A stretch of 63,262 nt of DNA, counting the filler, from Dimargaris cristalligena (Eukaryota), in NCBI GenBank assembly GCA_003614675.1. It is 2 parts of 2 records of this genome, joined end to end, with 100 filler letters (N's around TTAATTAATTAA, not from the genome) between each part and the next. Parts side by side here need not be neighbours in the genome. Positions count along the whole stretch, not along the records: positions 1 to 31,584 come from ML002436.1; positions 31,685 to 63,262 come from ML002437.1. One strand, 5' to 3'. Below the pieces are notes generated by a model. The model saw only the letters and a list, made by a program, of their open reading frames with translations, was not told where the DNA came from and made no database searches. Within the stretch, counting starts at the first letter, position 1, and each line of letters begins with the position of its first letter. Below, piece by piece: positions 24,751 to 37,785 of the stretch. The translations under genes were made by a program, and so were the position numbers.

Positions 24751-27700
24751 CACACCGTTGTATGCAAATTCTGCAATCCCGTATTGAAAACCGCCAAGCT
24801 ATTTTTAAGTTGAATAAAGGGATTCGGGAAAAGGAGGGGTGTCGGCTATTACTCGAAATATCCTTGTTTCGAGAAAAATAATAATGATAAAAACGCAATG
24901 GGACTTGGCCGGTGCACATATCAGGTGGGCTCGAAATGAACATTTGGGTGGGGCATACTGGGTTTATAATGGCAAGGTAGTGTGGCGAGTCGGATAAATT
25001 TAGCCTTGGGCCGAGCGGGACCTCGGATAAGATGGCTGGCTGGGTGAAGGACTGTTAGGAAATGATTTTACTATGACAAGATTCGGTATGCCCTTTAGCA
25101 CTGGTTTTAAAAATGACATTCCCGTATGGGGTTCAGGTCTAGTGTGAAGGGATATTGATTTTTTCGTAGAATGGAAGCATAATCGAGCTGTATAATATCT
25201 ACGCCGATTGCTATGCTAGATTTTGTGGGTTAGGAATACTATTACAATCTATTTTCCCTTATTCATGGCACTCCTAACCATATCCAGCGAGATTGGATTT
25301 CTCCCATATCCACGTTTGGTAAAAGTGGATCTTCGTTAAAGATGATCCAAATTCAACAAATCTATACCCGCCTTACTCTCGTGGTATCCAAAAAGGCGAC
25401 CATGGCTAACCAATCGAGTTAGCTGTGCTCAATATTCCACACCCAGTTTAAAACGGTGAGATATTGTTCCTATTTGGTAGTGACTTATCTTCAAGCTTTT
25501 GCGAAACCCCACGACGACATGGCTCACCTTCAGGTTCACTGGAATACCAAGTAGCATGTGGCAAGTGAATCATATCACAAGGTGAAAATAGTGGCTTATA
25601 TATTTTTCTTCAGGAAGGAAGAGGTTGACGAATATTATTATAATTTTTTTAAGCCTAGCGCGAGTCCCTTTCACCCTCCGGCACAGCGAGGGAAAGGCAA
25701 ATAGCCCAATGGTGGAAATTGTACTCTAAGGCCATTTTAGTCCGGGGTTTAGGTAGCCTCTTGCTGGTATTTGCCAAGGACCTCCTTTTTCAGACCTTCT
25801 CATTATGCCCTTCCAAGCCCTCCAGTGCCACCACTTTCCGATAATCATTCGTGCGAATATCAAAAATAATAAATAATAAATAAGCGCGGTTCACAGCCTA
25901 GACCCTGGTCTTATTTACTCTACTGGGTAATTCCCGATGGGTGGAGGGAGTTGGAATCAAGGGGCCTATGCAAGGGACTCTCTGACCTACCACTCCGAGG
26001 AGGCTAGGCCCTATCGGGATGCCCGATGTCTTCCGTGTTTGCTCAAGTTCGCCGCTTTTGGGGGAGAGGGGAGGGGTAATTCCATTACTTTTCCGTTCAC
26101 CTGGTCATTCACGTCAGTATAGATGAAGACGGGCACGGGCAGGTTCTGAGTATTATCTGTGAAAGATGGATTGCCGTTCAATAAGGAAGGGGGGGTAAGA
26201 TTCTACCCCATACTGGACCCCCCTAGTAATAAGTACATACTTTGGGCAAGTGGCAGCGCGGTGGTGTTTAGGTATAGTCTTATTGGCCGAGGCTCTTAAA
26301 ACCAATATAATATCTACTGTGGGTTAGCGTATCTTCGACCAGGAGAATGTTGATAATGCTGGGAGGGAGCTCCGTTTAGCGGAGAACCCGGCTCACTTCA
26401 AATTGGCACCAATGGGCACACCAAGCAGTAAATGTCCTTTATTCGGAAGGTTCCCCCCCAATTCATTATTAAAGTGTGGCCATAACAATGTCGAAAGGTG
26501 CCAGAGTCTTGGTGTATTTGATGGGGTGACTGAACCTCTGAGTGACCGTCAAAGTTTAAGTGAACACGGACATAGTGTAAAATAACGATCCTAACCGATG
26601 TCTCCATACTGATAAAGCTATATTTGGTGTGGGGCGGGATAAATACACCAACCGAGTGTAATGAATTAAGGGGCAGAGACAGGAACATGGATGGAGAGAG
26701 GTAGGAAGGGAGAGGAAAGAGGATTGGCCGGTGTGGGAATGGAAAGGGTTTAACGGAAGCCCCCCACTGCGCCTACTGGTCAGCCCCCCAACCATTGTAA
26801 CTAATTTCCATCATCTAGAGACCCGCACCCATATATATCCCCCGCATGCCATTATGTACATTCTTGGCTAAACCTTGTGGGCATTGGTAACTGGTCCAAA
26901 CTTGACTCTTTCCATTCATTACAGCCATCCCGAGCCACCAATAGGGTCCGTCTTGGCCCGTCTTTACTAAACATTAGGCCCAGACTGCATGAGGTCGAGG
27001 GTGGTGACAATTGGTGGAAAGGGACAAGGAACACATAATAGGGGCAATAGGTTATAGAGAGAAAGAGACGGGCGGGCGTGTTTTAGCGGAGCCTAACCCA
27101 TAATGTGCCGGTAGGCCTAGCCAATCCAATCCAATCCAACAGGCTGTTCCTCCATAGTGATGTCCCCCATCCAGCCAGCGACGCTGAATAGTGGGGGCCA
27201 AAGAATGATCGACGGGCCCAACCACCATACACATCGCCCTCACAGTGGGGAAATTGGTTGGTCTTTGGGTTGGTGGAAGAAGTGGGTCGAGGAAAAGAGG
27301 GGAAGCATAGCCGAGTTTCAGCAGCCGCGGAGCCGAGAAGCGTACGGCCCTGTAGTCTGGGATCCTCCCATTCCAATTTGGGCGGTCCTTGGGTTGACGT
27401 CAAACCTATTTAAACACCACCCCATCCTCCCTCTGCTACAGTCACTCACATTTATTATTTACACACCAGCAACTATATATCTTAACTAGTCGATTTTATC
27501 TATTGCCCCATTCCTGTACTTACAGATTGGATTCCAAATTCGTGTACTTATTTTATACCTGCCAACTAGGCCTAATCGGTATCGGTGTTTGATTTTCAGT
27601 CCCTTTTTTACAATCGCTATACCCACTTCTCCACTATTCAGTCTATTATCTGCTCCCTGGCTTGAGTATTTTTAGCTTATTGTTTATATATACAACCCAA

Positions 27701-27856
27701 ACTATGCAGCTACTTTGATGTCCATATAGCCAGCCGTCCAACAGTTTTGTTGATTCATTTACACTTGCATAAACCCATGTCCTCTTGGCTCGCGTCCATT
27801 ATTCGCTTCTTGTAAATTTTATCCACCCCCCTCCACCTTCATACTACTTCCCTATC

Positions 27857-27883
27857 ACTACTACTACTACTACTACTACTACT
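27857..27883. repeat. (ACT)9 trinucleotide repeat in the 5' leader of the SH3 gene
   Basis: Direct run ACTACTACT..., upstream of ATG 27914. Confidence 0.85.
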
Positions 27884-27913
27884 ATTCCTCTTATTACTAT
27901 TTTTTCCACCACC

Positions 27914-29329
27914 ATGCCGTCGTTCCTCTACGAACCCTCCTTCGTCCACATGGTCCGGCGGGATAAAGCCACGTACGCCATCGACACCAGCCAATCCGAC
28001 AGTAATAGTAACAGCACCATTATTATTGTCGTTATCGTCGTCTGTGTTGTGATTATCCTGGCCCTCGTAGGCATTTTCGTCTACCGCGGCGTTAAGCGGT
28101 CTGCCCGACGACGGGCTTTGGAGGCCAGCCAGCCCAAGGCCGTTCAGCGGGACTCCGCCTACCTTTCCACGGCGGACCCCATCAGTGGCCATTCGTCGCG
28201 GACCTACTCGGGCGCTTCCATTGGCTATCCCGGCAAACACCTCTACGATTCCCGCACTAGTGAGAAATTCAACTCCTTCGGTTCGCAGAAAACCGTGCAG
28301 TCCCATAGCAGCCAAATCCTCGCCCAGGTGGCGTCCCCCGCTCTATTAGTGACCCAGTATCCTCCTCCTCCTTCCCGGTCTTCCCAACCACAACCAGTGT
28401 TCGGTGTAAACCGTCACGACGACCTCCGGGACAGTTTCCGGCTCTCCCAGGATTCGGTCGTGCTGGAGGCCCCCCGGATTATGCACTTTGCGACCATTCG
28501 CCAGCCCCCCGCCGTGGCTTATCCCAAAGGTGCGACTTCGATCCAATCGTCCCCCCGTTTCGACCGACTGGCGCCATCAACCCCCTCCCCGTCCTCTCCC
28601 TACTCGGCGTCCGCTTTTCCGGGGGTGGGGCCAGCTGCGACGGAAGGGAATAAGGTCGCCCGTACACCCAGCCATGTGCCGCGGAGTAACACGTCGTCCG
28701 GGGCCACTTACGTTCCCGTGGCCACCCATTCGCCCCGCACTTCCTTCAGTAGCCATACCACCATCACTCTGTCAAGAGCGCCTCCTCCCCCCTATACCGC
28801 CTGGACTTCGGCCCCCAACCTGCCCAGAACCTCCCTGGTGGTCCCTACTGCCGCTGCCGCCGATCTTCCCGCGCTTCTACCCACCACCCTTGCTTCGGCA
28901 AATACCACCACCCCCCGCGCTCGCCAACGCTCCCCTTCCGTTCGGGCTAGTTCCATCCGGCGGATGACTCAGCCGCACCCACCCGTACCCCAAACGGCCC
29001 AGTTTATCACCCAACTGGATACTCCCAATTCGTCTACTATATCTGTGGCTGCTGTTACCACCGCCCAGCCCTCGTCCCCCACTCCCGCCGCGCCCCCAGC
29101 TGCTGCTGCCCCTCCTGCTGAAGAACAGCCCATCTCCATCATTGGCACTTACTCCGCCACCCGGTCGTATGAGCCTGAAATGCCCGATGAATTGCTTGTC
29201 GAGGTAGGAGACGGTCTAGCCGTTATCCAGCATTTCGACGATGGTTGGGTGCTAGGTATTAATCTGACTCGGGGACGTGCCCAAGGAGTGTTCCCTGAGC
29301 CCTGTATTGAGCCTGTATCTGACTATTGA
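27914..29329 (+). CDS. Single-pass membrane protein with Ser/Pro/Thr-rich cytoplasmic region and C-terminal SH3 domain (Fus1-like topology), 471 aa
   Basis: ACCATG at 27914. TM segment IIIVVIVVCVVIILALVGIFVY is followed by basic RGVKRSARRR. SH3 signature ATRSYEPEMPDELLVEVGD...FDDGWVLG...RAQGVFPEPCI. Confidence 0.85.
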   Translation: MPSFLYEPSFVHMVRRDKATYAIDTSQSDSNSNSTIIIVVIVVCVVIILALVGIFVYRGVKRSARRRALEASQPKAVQRDSAYLSTADPISGHSSRTYSGASIGYPGKHLYDSRTSEKFNSFGSQKTVQSHSSQILAQVASPALLVTQYPPPPSRSSQPQPVFGVNRHDDLRDSFRLSQDSVVLEAPRIMHFATIRQPPAVAYPKGATSIQSSPRFDRLAPSTPSPSSPYSASAFPGVGPAATEGNKVARTPSHVPRSNTSSGATYVPVATHSPRTSFSSHTTITLSRAPPPPYTAWTSAPNLPRTSLVVPTAAAADLPALLPTTLASANTTTPRARQRSPSVRASSIRRMTQPHPPVPQTAQFITQLDTPNSSTISVAAVTTAQPSSPTPAAPPAAAAPPAEEQPISIIGTYSATRSYEPEMPDELLVEVGDGLAVIQHFDDGWVLGINLTRGRAQGVFPEPCIEPVSDY

Positions 29330-31584
29330 TTATTATTTTTTATTAAATAAAGAATACAAAAATAAATGACATGTGCGATATGACAATGCCTCTCTATTGT
29401 AAATGAGAAATGAAATGGTCTCATGGCTAATATATGTGCACACTACTACTACTACTATATTCTCCCTCAGTATGCCTCGGAGGATAATACTGGTCACCTA
29501 ACTATGCTGAGAAGGTGGGAATGTGGAGAAGTGTGGTGGTGGCGAAGATCTATTCCCCCAGAAGCGGGTGGATTGATGAGAATTGGGAAGAGTGAGTGAG
29601 GGACGGAGGGATTGGATGTGCAGTTGCTGCCGAGATTAACCCTACAGCCATCTGCAGGGAATATTACCACCTGTGATCGCGCCGCTACATTCGCGGAGGG
29701 GGAGTGCCTCATTACACCTTTCCGCTGCCTCTCTCTCTAACTCTCTCTTCTCGAAGTCATTTACTATTAAATATTCACCAATTCAATTCACCTTGCATTG
29801 TTCCGGTGCCTAGCGGCAATCCCATTACTTTGACGACGGGCGAAACCCGACGATCCGAATACCTTGACCAAGACGGGACCAGCATTGTTGCTCTTGGTGT
29901 CCTTAGTTCCTCAGCGCATCCTAACCCATTATGCAGTTAATTTTCACCAACATGAATAAGCTAGAATGAACGGGTCGTTCTTTGGTGCACCTCTCCCTTT
30001 CTTTCTCTTTTCCTATCTCCCAATTTCGCTATTTTACTTTTTTTTTGCGAGGCCTCTCTCCAATGAGGACCGAAGCATTCTCTGTAGTGTGAAACCCCGG
30101 GGGATCTACTCCTCATGACTTGCCTCTAATACACATGCTTTACCCTTCACCCGACTGTCTCCCACTGGCGTCAATCTATATTTACCACTTGTCTAAAATA
30201 AGGTACACATTAGCAACTGAAAAAGGGCATGTTTGCTTTATCCACACCTGTTTATAGCTGCTTCGTTCCCCTCAACTTTCCCAGTTACTAATATTCACTG
30301 TCAGGGCCATAAGGCCTCGGCATCCCACCCTCACATATCTAATTAGTCCTATTTTACATTGCCCAGGTCTGTTTATGCCTCAGTTTCGCCAGTCGTTCAG
30401 TAACAGATTTGTCTCGTTTCGATGCTCTGATAAACAGGCCAACGATAAGGTTCGGACCACTGCTGCCACTACCACTGTGTATCACACACCCACTTCCTCA
30501 GTTCCCGATGGTAGTGGGGGGTCACACTAGACCTGTGCTTCTATTTTTAAACATACGGGCCTTCAAAATACCACTAATTAATGTATCTAGGAGCGACATT
30601 CAGCAATGATCAATCCATTCGTGTTCATCCCTTGAGCGTATTTTGGAACATTCGACATTCTGCCCGTCAGCGCAACGTTGCTTTGTGCTCTCCTGTCCCT
30701 TGGGGTTTCTTATTTTTCCTTTTGAGCCCCTACTGTATCCGTTGCGATGGTTATTTTGGATTGCTGCCAAAGGTAGCCAAAGGAGGGGGGGGACAATGCC
30801 TAGTGGGTAACTCAATAAGTATATCATTCAATTAATAAGAGGGATATTGCTCTGATCCTTAGAGCCTAAGCCGTCTTACAGCCATTTCCCTCGTATTTTG
30901 TTCAAGATGCCGTTTTCCAGCGGGGTGGTTGTGGTTCTTGGTGTTTTGGGGTCAACGGAAGTAATTATGTAGGGCACGATTATTGGGTAGGCCCTCTGTT
31001 CATACCGTCTGGTGGGGATGGGTATCCCAATAGTGGGGTAGTCAGTCTGTCCGTTGGTGACATCGACTTCATTTCAGCTCCATCTATTCGCCCGTCTTGG
31101 TCATCAATTCTAGGAGATATAGATTATTCCCACCAGCATGGAAATGGGGCAACTTTGGAATGTCTCTCCGTAGATCAGCGTGCATTGTTCCGAAACCCGA
31201 ATTACAGTATTAGCGCCAACGGCTTCTCCGGAATCAACCGAGCGGGCCCTACTTAATTTCGCACCTTAAAGTCGTTGGGATACTGGCCCAGTGCCCTATT
31301 TGTAGTGCCGTGAGAACGTCGGCTATCAGCCTTCAGTATCCGCCTATCAATCCATCTTCCAATGCTTACGTTAACTTGACGGTTATTGAATATTACAATG
31401 CTTACGACTGTTTTCTTCTGTTAAATATTAATGATTCCAATTGATATGCCGAATTTTATGAGAAATCTTTTCCACGCCTTTCGGGAAGTTTGTACCAATT
31501 TGTAACACTCATTTTTTTGCAAACGACCGTATAATATGACGGATTTATGACGATATTTTGAAATGTATAATGAGATCCTGGATT

Positions 31585-31683
31585 NNNNNNNNNNNNNNNN
31601 NNNNNNNNNNNNNNNNNNNNNNNNNNNNTTAATTAATTAANNNNNNNNNNNNNNNNNNNNNNNNNNNNNNNNNNNNNNNNNNN
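31585..31683. other. Assembly gap containing an artificial TTAATTAATTAA linker
   Basis: 44 N, then TTAATTAATTAA (31629-31640, stops in all six frames), then 43 N. Confidence 0.95.
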
Positions 31684-31712
31684 NGAGTTTACGACTGGCG
31701 GCTAGCCTATCA

Positions 31713-31738
31713 TATATATATATATATATATATATATA
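31713..31738. repeat. (TA)n microsatellite next to the gap
   Basis: Direct run of ~13 TA units. Confidence 0.85.
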
Positions 31739-34700
31739 GCCACTGGCTTATATACGTCAATCATCTTGAGTATCCAGCCGGTTTCAACCAAAGAGCGAGC
31801 CTGCCTCGTTTTGGGTTTGGCCTTTCCCGACCAGCATCTATTGGTACACCCATTTTCGAGAAAGAGGGTGTGTTTCTTTGACTGCTGGGATAAAAAATGG
31901 GAGAAATGGGTAACAATATCCTCTCGACTCGGTCCTTTGTACGCCAGTCGCGGCCAAGAAAATGATAAAGAAATGGTGCGGATGAATTCGTGAACAAAAA
32001 GGGAATACTTCTACCTAACTGGAGCACCACGCCTCCCCAAGGTCCCCCGATTCCACTTGTCAGGGCTGACCAGGATTCTCCGATACCATCGGCCTATAGG
32101 GGGGGGGGGTACCTTAGAAAGGCAAGCCCTCCCCCTTCCTGCATTTCTCCCTCCCAAAAACGATGGGTTGAAAGTGGGACCCTTCAATAAAGCGAGAAGG
32201 AGGAGGAAAGGGTTGGGCAAACCGAACGTTCAGCACATTATTGGTAAAATGACACGTGTAAATTATAATATGGGAGAAATTCAAACCAGCTGTATAAGGT
32301 TTTACATAATACGTGTATGGACAAATATATGTGAGAATATCTTTTAACCAGTAATATTGGCCTCATCCAATGGATTTTTCGTTATACAGCCTGAATGAAC
32401 TTCTCCCATATACTATTTGGCAGATGTAGGTCTTGAAACGCACCACGGTCAGTTTTGTTCTACTGGTCCTGGCTTTCTCCCTGCGATATATTTGTCCACC
32501 GGTGCTAAAAATAGTGCGGTGGATAGGAAATCAGTATACTAAACCGCTGCAGCAAGTCATGTAGGAAGGTCAACAATCGCAAAGTGATTCCGATTCAGTA
32601 AACAGTCGTGTGGGGGTACCCATCGTGTTATGGTTCTTTCACTAGACGGCCCCTTGCCCGATAAACCTTGATCCGGTGGACCTTGCCAGTTCTCGGAAAC
32701 AACAAGGCCTTGTACCTTGACTTCTTTGGCAACCGCGTACTGAACGTCCCCCCTTCTTCAGCAACTAAACCTCCATATCGGTAGAACCTTTCTTTCCGCA
32801 ACTCTTCCCAACTGCATCACCATATTCACAAATGGCCCACCCTCTTCTATTCAAGGAAGTGGACAAGGACCCACAGGACCAACGAAGGAAGTAAACAATC
32901 CGCCGTAATTGGGGACCGGTTTAAGGTTTAATCTAGCCATTCCCGTTCCCGTGCCCTCCCGTTTGTGGACCCTCGCAGCTACATCGCAGTAGTGGGTTGG
33001 TTGTATTCCAAAAATGGGATCATGCATCAGTGAATAGCGGGGGCCGTATAGTATACTCAGGTCGACGCTACGAGTACCATTGTAAGCCACCCACCGGGTG
33101 AAACGAAGACCTTCGTGGTTCTGCTGCATCATTCAGCCGGGAGTATTAGGCTATTCGTATTGGTAAGTGTACAATGCTAACTAAATACCCAGTCTCCTGA
33201 TGGATTGTTTCCAATGGTACATCTTCCACTACTCAGTCTACTCCTCTGGCAAATGCCCCAGTTTTTTCATATAGCCATGATATTTACCGCACCCTTCTAG
33301 GGCTACCCCAACTTGGACTGCAACTCAATCAATAGTAAACTGGCACCAATGAGGAGGCAGACCCATTGTTGATGCTGTAGGCGCCGTAAATAATCCAACG
33401 GGGGATTGGCACCAGTAGTCTACCGTTAAACTCCGATTAGCCAGCAATGAACCACCCCCCCTCCATTGTAAGATTCATTCCGGTGTTTACTCCACGCATG
33501 ATTTCCAACCCAGCATCACTGAGAAATAATCTACCCGGCTGGCTCGTGAAAAGTTTAGTTTGGGAACAGTAGACCAAGTGCATTAGCTACTTTCCCATTA
33601 CCACCACTGCGGAGAGGTAGAGTGTGTATCGCTCACTCAGCACACTGCGCTTTGATCATCGATGGGATGAACCGAGTCTATGATTTCACCAATGCAAGTA
33701 CGGTATTGTTAGATTCCTAGTCATCGGCTGCCGCATTAAGGCCGTGTAAACGGGAGGGATAGCACGTTCCACCATGCGTTCCTTCACACTCGCCCACTTT
33801 CAGCCCATGACTGTGTACCACTACTCTCCCATTGATGTAATCGACGTAATGTGAAATGGGTTTTTTAGTTAGAGTCAACATACTAATTTAGTCCTCTAGG
33901 AAAATATGTAACAGGATGCGGAGTACAGGGGTTGGGAAGGGTTATACAAGTCGAATAAATAGCCATAGACAGTTAATGTAGAACAGGGGATCTACTCCCT
34001 AGAACATGCTACATTTTGACAGACCGGATGATCAAGTGGGCATCCACTTGAGTAAAGACATGGGTGGCTATACTGATGGTATTATTAGGGTTAGGATACC
34101 ACCATCATTTAGACCCCATCTTAGCTTATCAGTATACACACGATTCAACCAAAGTATAGGCATGCGCATGGCGACCGCGCCGTTCCTATGTATCCGTATC
34201 GGCCGCATCAAACTTGGGCAAGGTCATGGGCTCCTTGACTGCGATACGTCGTGCCCTCCCCCCCCACTCTGTGCTTCATCCATCTGATATGAAACCAATC
34301 CTACGCCTATCCATCGATAATCAAGCCTGGATTTACTTTGGGCAACTCAGCTTTCAATAGGTCTTCAAAATACCACACAAGGCGATCATCATTCCTTCCC
34401 CGTTTTAGTAACTAAAGCAATTGAGGAGGAATTTCACTGTGTGTGTGTCCCACCCCCTACTTCTCCCCACCCTCATTACAACTGTCACTCTTATATGTGC
34501 CCATATAGATGTACTACATCACTCCAAAGTCATGGAGGTAGCCAAATGAGTTCGGCAACTGGGAATGTCTGTATATATTCTAGGCTCTCAACCTCACTGA
34601 GTGAGCATGCGATCAAATAAATCCACCAATAAGTCAAAGAGGGTGGTGGATAAAAGGGGGTTGGGGGTTACTCCGATCCTTTTTTATATATATATCCGTA

Positions 34701-35679
34701 TCTGGTCTATTCAATGGAACCCCCTTTTACTCAACTATTAATATTGGGGGATAGTGGCTACTCCGCCCGAAACGATTCATCAGTGCCCGATCAACGGGGC
34801 TGATAAGTGGCTAGATAAGCATCCCGAATCCGGGTCCCTGAGATCCATTGGCCCACACCACCAACCGAAAAATTACATTTCTTCGATCCACGCCGATTCG
34901 AGAATGCCGAAAGCCATTGTGCGTCTTCCGGTATGTTCCGTCAATGGTTCTCCTTCCACTGTTCCCTATAATATACCCACCCTCCCCTTTTCACCTCGCC
35001 CATGAAGGTGTTAAACGCAATTAAGGGGGGGGGTCTGAGACACCAAGCTTCTGCTACTATAACGGGTGGATACATACACCGTGGTTGGTATAAATGTGGG
35101 CACCCCCAATACTATTTATAAAAGTAAATATATACTAAATATGGTGGTGCGTGCGACTAGAATTAAATGGAAGCCCTGAGGGATATTCAACCACTAATGA
35201 GTGCTTCCACTCCCATTATTGGTGACGGGTAGTCCCTCTCTAAATAAAGGCACTATGTTCCCACCAGTTGTTTCCATCAAGCCCCCAAGGGATAGGATTA
35301 GAAACCACCATCAACTCTACGACTTACCAAATGCTATATTTAATATTACGGCATTTTGATGGTTTAGCACCCTAGCATCCCCCTCTCAGATCCCCGAAAG
35401 CCATTGCCGAATCACGTGCCTCGAAGTAGACCATGTTGGATTAATGGGAGTTGGCGAGTGGTGGAGAGGAAGGGTGCGGGAGTGGGATTTACAACACTAT
35501 TTTTGCCCACTACCCTTAGTAGACCGAATGGACTCATGTCAACACTCGTTGCTTATGTTATTTCTTCCATTTTGAATCCCGCCCAAAAAACCTCGAGCGC
35601 ATTGCCTCCCAATCAAGCTACTTCGTTGACCCATTTGAAGTGTTCAAACACCCCTTTACCACTTATTAACCCCACCACG

Positions 35680-36118
35680 ATGGATAACCCACACTTCAAA
35701 CAGCAAATGAAGTTACTTGAGCGCATTCGGGATAACGTGGTAAGCCTTGCTGAGTCGAGTTACCCTATCCTCCTGGGTTGGTGACCTAGCCCATACTTCA
35801 TAACACCCCCCCCAATAGTCTGGCAAGTTATCATTGAATAATCGCCGTGTTTGAGAATGAGTACAAATGCACCCAAGCCCCAAGTCTGAACTAACGGGCT
35901 CTGTTTATACGGTATTGTTACAATGTATCATGGGCTTGTAGGATAAAATGAACCAAGTCCTCACCGACGTCAACGATAAGCTCCAAGGTATCAATGACTT
36001 TAACAATGACTTGGTTATGTTTTGGCAAATCTGGAGTAAATACGAACAAAACGCCAACTTCCATCTCTCCATCCACCAACAACAATCGAACCGGGACCGG
36101 TCTCGGGAGATTTCGTAA
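35680..36118 (+). CDS. DAD4: DASH/Dam1 complex subunit Dad4, 2 exons, 78 aa (not captured by the ORF track)
   Basis: Exons 35680-35739 and 35942-36118 (GTAAGC..TGTAG) give MDNPHFKQQMKLLERIRDNVDKMNQVLTDVNDKLQGINDFNNDLVMFWQIWSKYEQNANFHL..., matching the Dad4 pattern MENPH..Q..LL.RI..NV..LN......N..L..IN..N........Y...FHL. Confidence 0.88.
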
Positions 36119-36427
36119 ATAACCTGTATATCCACCATCGTTCCACATTCTTATTTATTACTCGGCCATATCCTCTATATTTCTACCCAAACAAACGCTT
36201 ATTTCTCGTTTATCCAATTATACATTTTATTGTTTATTACACTCATCTAAAATTTGTAGTTTAATGGTAAAAGCCGTCTAGTGGGAAGCATTGCCAACAC
36301 GTCGTGTTTAGGTAGCATCCGATTGAAGAGGCAATTAATGGCCATTGTCTAAAAAGCGAAGGGGATGAGAGGCCAGCCAAAATAAAAAAACCACCAAAAA
36401 AGCGAGTACCGCAATGGGCAGGTAAAA

Positions 36428-37785
36428 TTACATGAGGGCGCAATTGGTGTTGTGGCGCGTGTGACCCTGCTGCACTCCACCGGGTATATTATGAGTAGCC
36501 GCCCACTCGTTGATAATTTCGTGAAACATCACATCAACATTAACCCCCGTTTTAGCTGATGTTTCGTACGCTCCCGCAATTTCACAGCCCATACAAAATT
36601 CCCGCAGGGCATCGAGGTAGCCCTTACGGTGGTGGCGGACGAGCCGACTGTAGTAGTGGTCGAGCTCGGGATTACTGACGGCTAAACTGAGTAATGGTAG
36701 TGGTAGTGGTGGTAGATTGGCCTGGGCAAGGGATTGCGGGAGGAATTTGGAACTGGAGATCGTACGTCTTCGCCGACTTAACGGGGGTTCGGCTAAACGG
36801 GGACCCGGGGGAAGGGGTCCGGTTGACGTATTAGGGGGCAGCGGCGATTCAACAGCCGAATCACACCGCGTGAGTGGGGTTACATGGTACGAGGTAATGT
36901 CAATGGACGGACGGTCGTTTCGTAGGCCGCAGAGGTAGATGAGGCAGGCTGGCGCCGTGGCCCGTAGTTCGGTAATGAGGAGTGGTATCCGGAATAGGGT
37001 ATCATTGTTCGCTAAATCGTAACAGATTATCGCGGCAAAGGCCGTGTTGTTGTTAAGGCGGGTTTTGTTTCCATAACTATCGGACAGCACAATCATCGGA
37101 TTAGAGACATAGGAGATAGAGTAAGGAGAGGAGGGTGAGTTGCCGGAGTTAGTTGATAATAGGTCGATTAGCCTTAGCCACGCAATTTAATGTTGGCAAA
37201 AAGAAGAGGATGCCCTAGGGACTGCGAGGGGGCAAGTTACCCGCTGCTCGTCTTAATGCTTACACTGTATGGGCGTTGATATCCTAAAAGCATTGCATAT
37301 TAGCATCAAATTGTGTATTGTTGGGTGTAGCGTATGCGTTAGTTACAGGTGATATGGGACCTTACAAGGGGTATAAATTGAAATACACGGGGTGCATGTT
37401 AGTTATCTTATAGAATATCCTTACCCAGAGTCGAAGTAAAATCCGGCGAGGTTTGAAGTCGAGTTCTTTAGTACACGCCGTAATGCCATTGGGTACCGAA
37501 TGGTCCTGGGGGATATTCTACAGGGTAGGCAATGGGCAAGGCCAAGTAAGGAGTCAAATGGGACCGTTAGAAGCCAGCCTGGACCAAGTCTACCAAAGTA
37601 CAGGGTCCCCATCCAGTTCATTATTACGGCCAGGCCTGCCTGGCAAAACGAGTTGATGCATGCTCTACGGTGCTTACCGGGTCGCCGGAGTCTTGGAACT
37701 GGCGATTGACAAAGCGGTGGATGAGGGACGACTTGCCGATTCGGGGGTCGCCGATGAGGACGACGTTTATTTGGGGTTGGGTCAT
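36428..37785 (-). CDS. Atypical Ras-superfamily small GTPase, Rab24-like, 4 exons including a 20-nt micro-exon, ~289 aa
   Basis: Exons 37785-37678, 37517-37425, 37283-37264 and 37076-36428 (all GT..AG) splice in frame. G1 is VVLIGDPRIGKSSLIHRFV; other motifs are LRLWD, AAIICYDL, LIYLCG and G5 YETSAKTG; the protein ends in CALM. Confidence 0.8.

Noticed and set aside
31629-31640. TTAATTAATTAA as a biological palindrome or homeodomain site
   Set aside because: It is embedded in Ns and is an assembly linker.
32400-33900. Possible decayed gene on the minus strand
   Set aside because: Short broken frames with no identifiable domain or consistent splice model.
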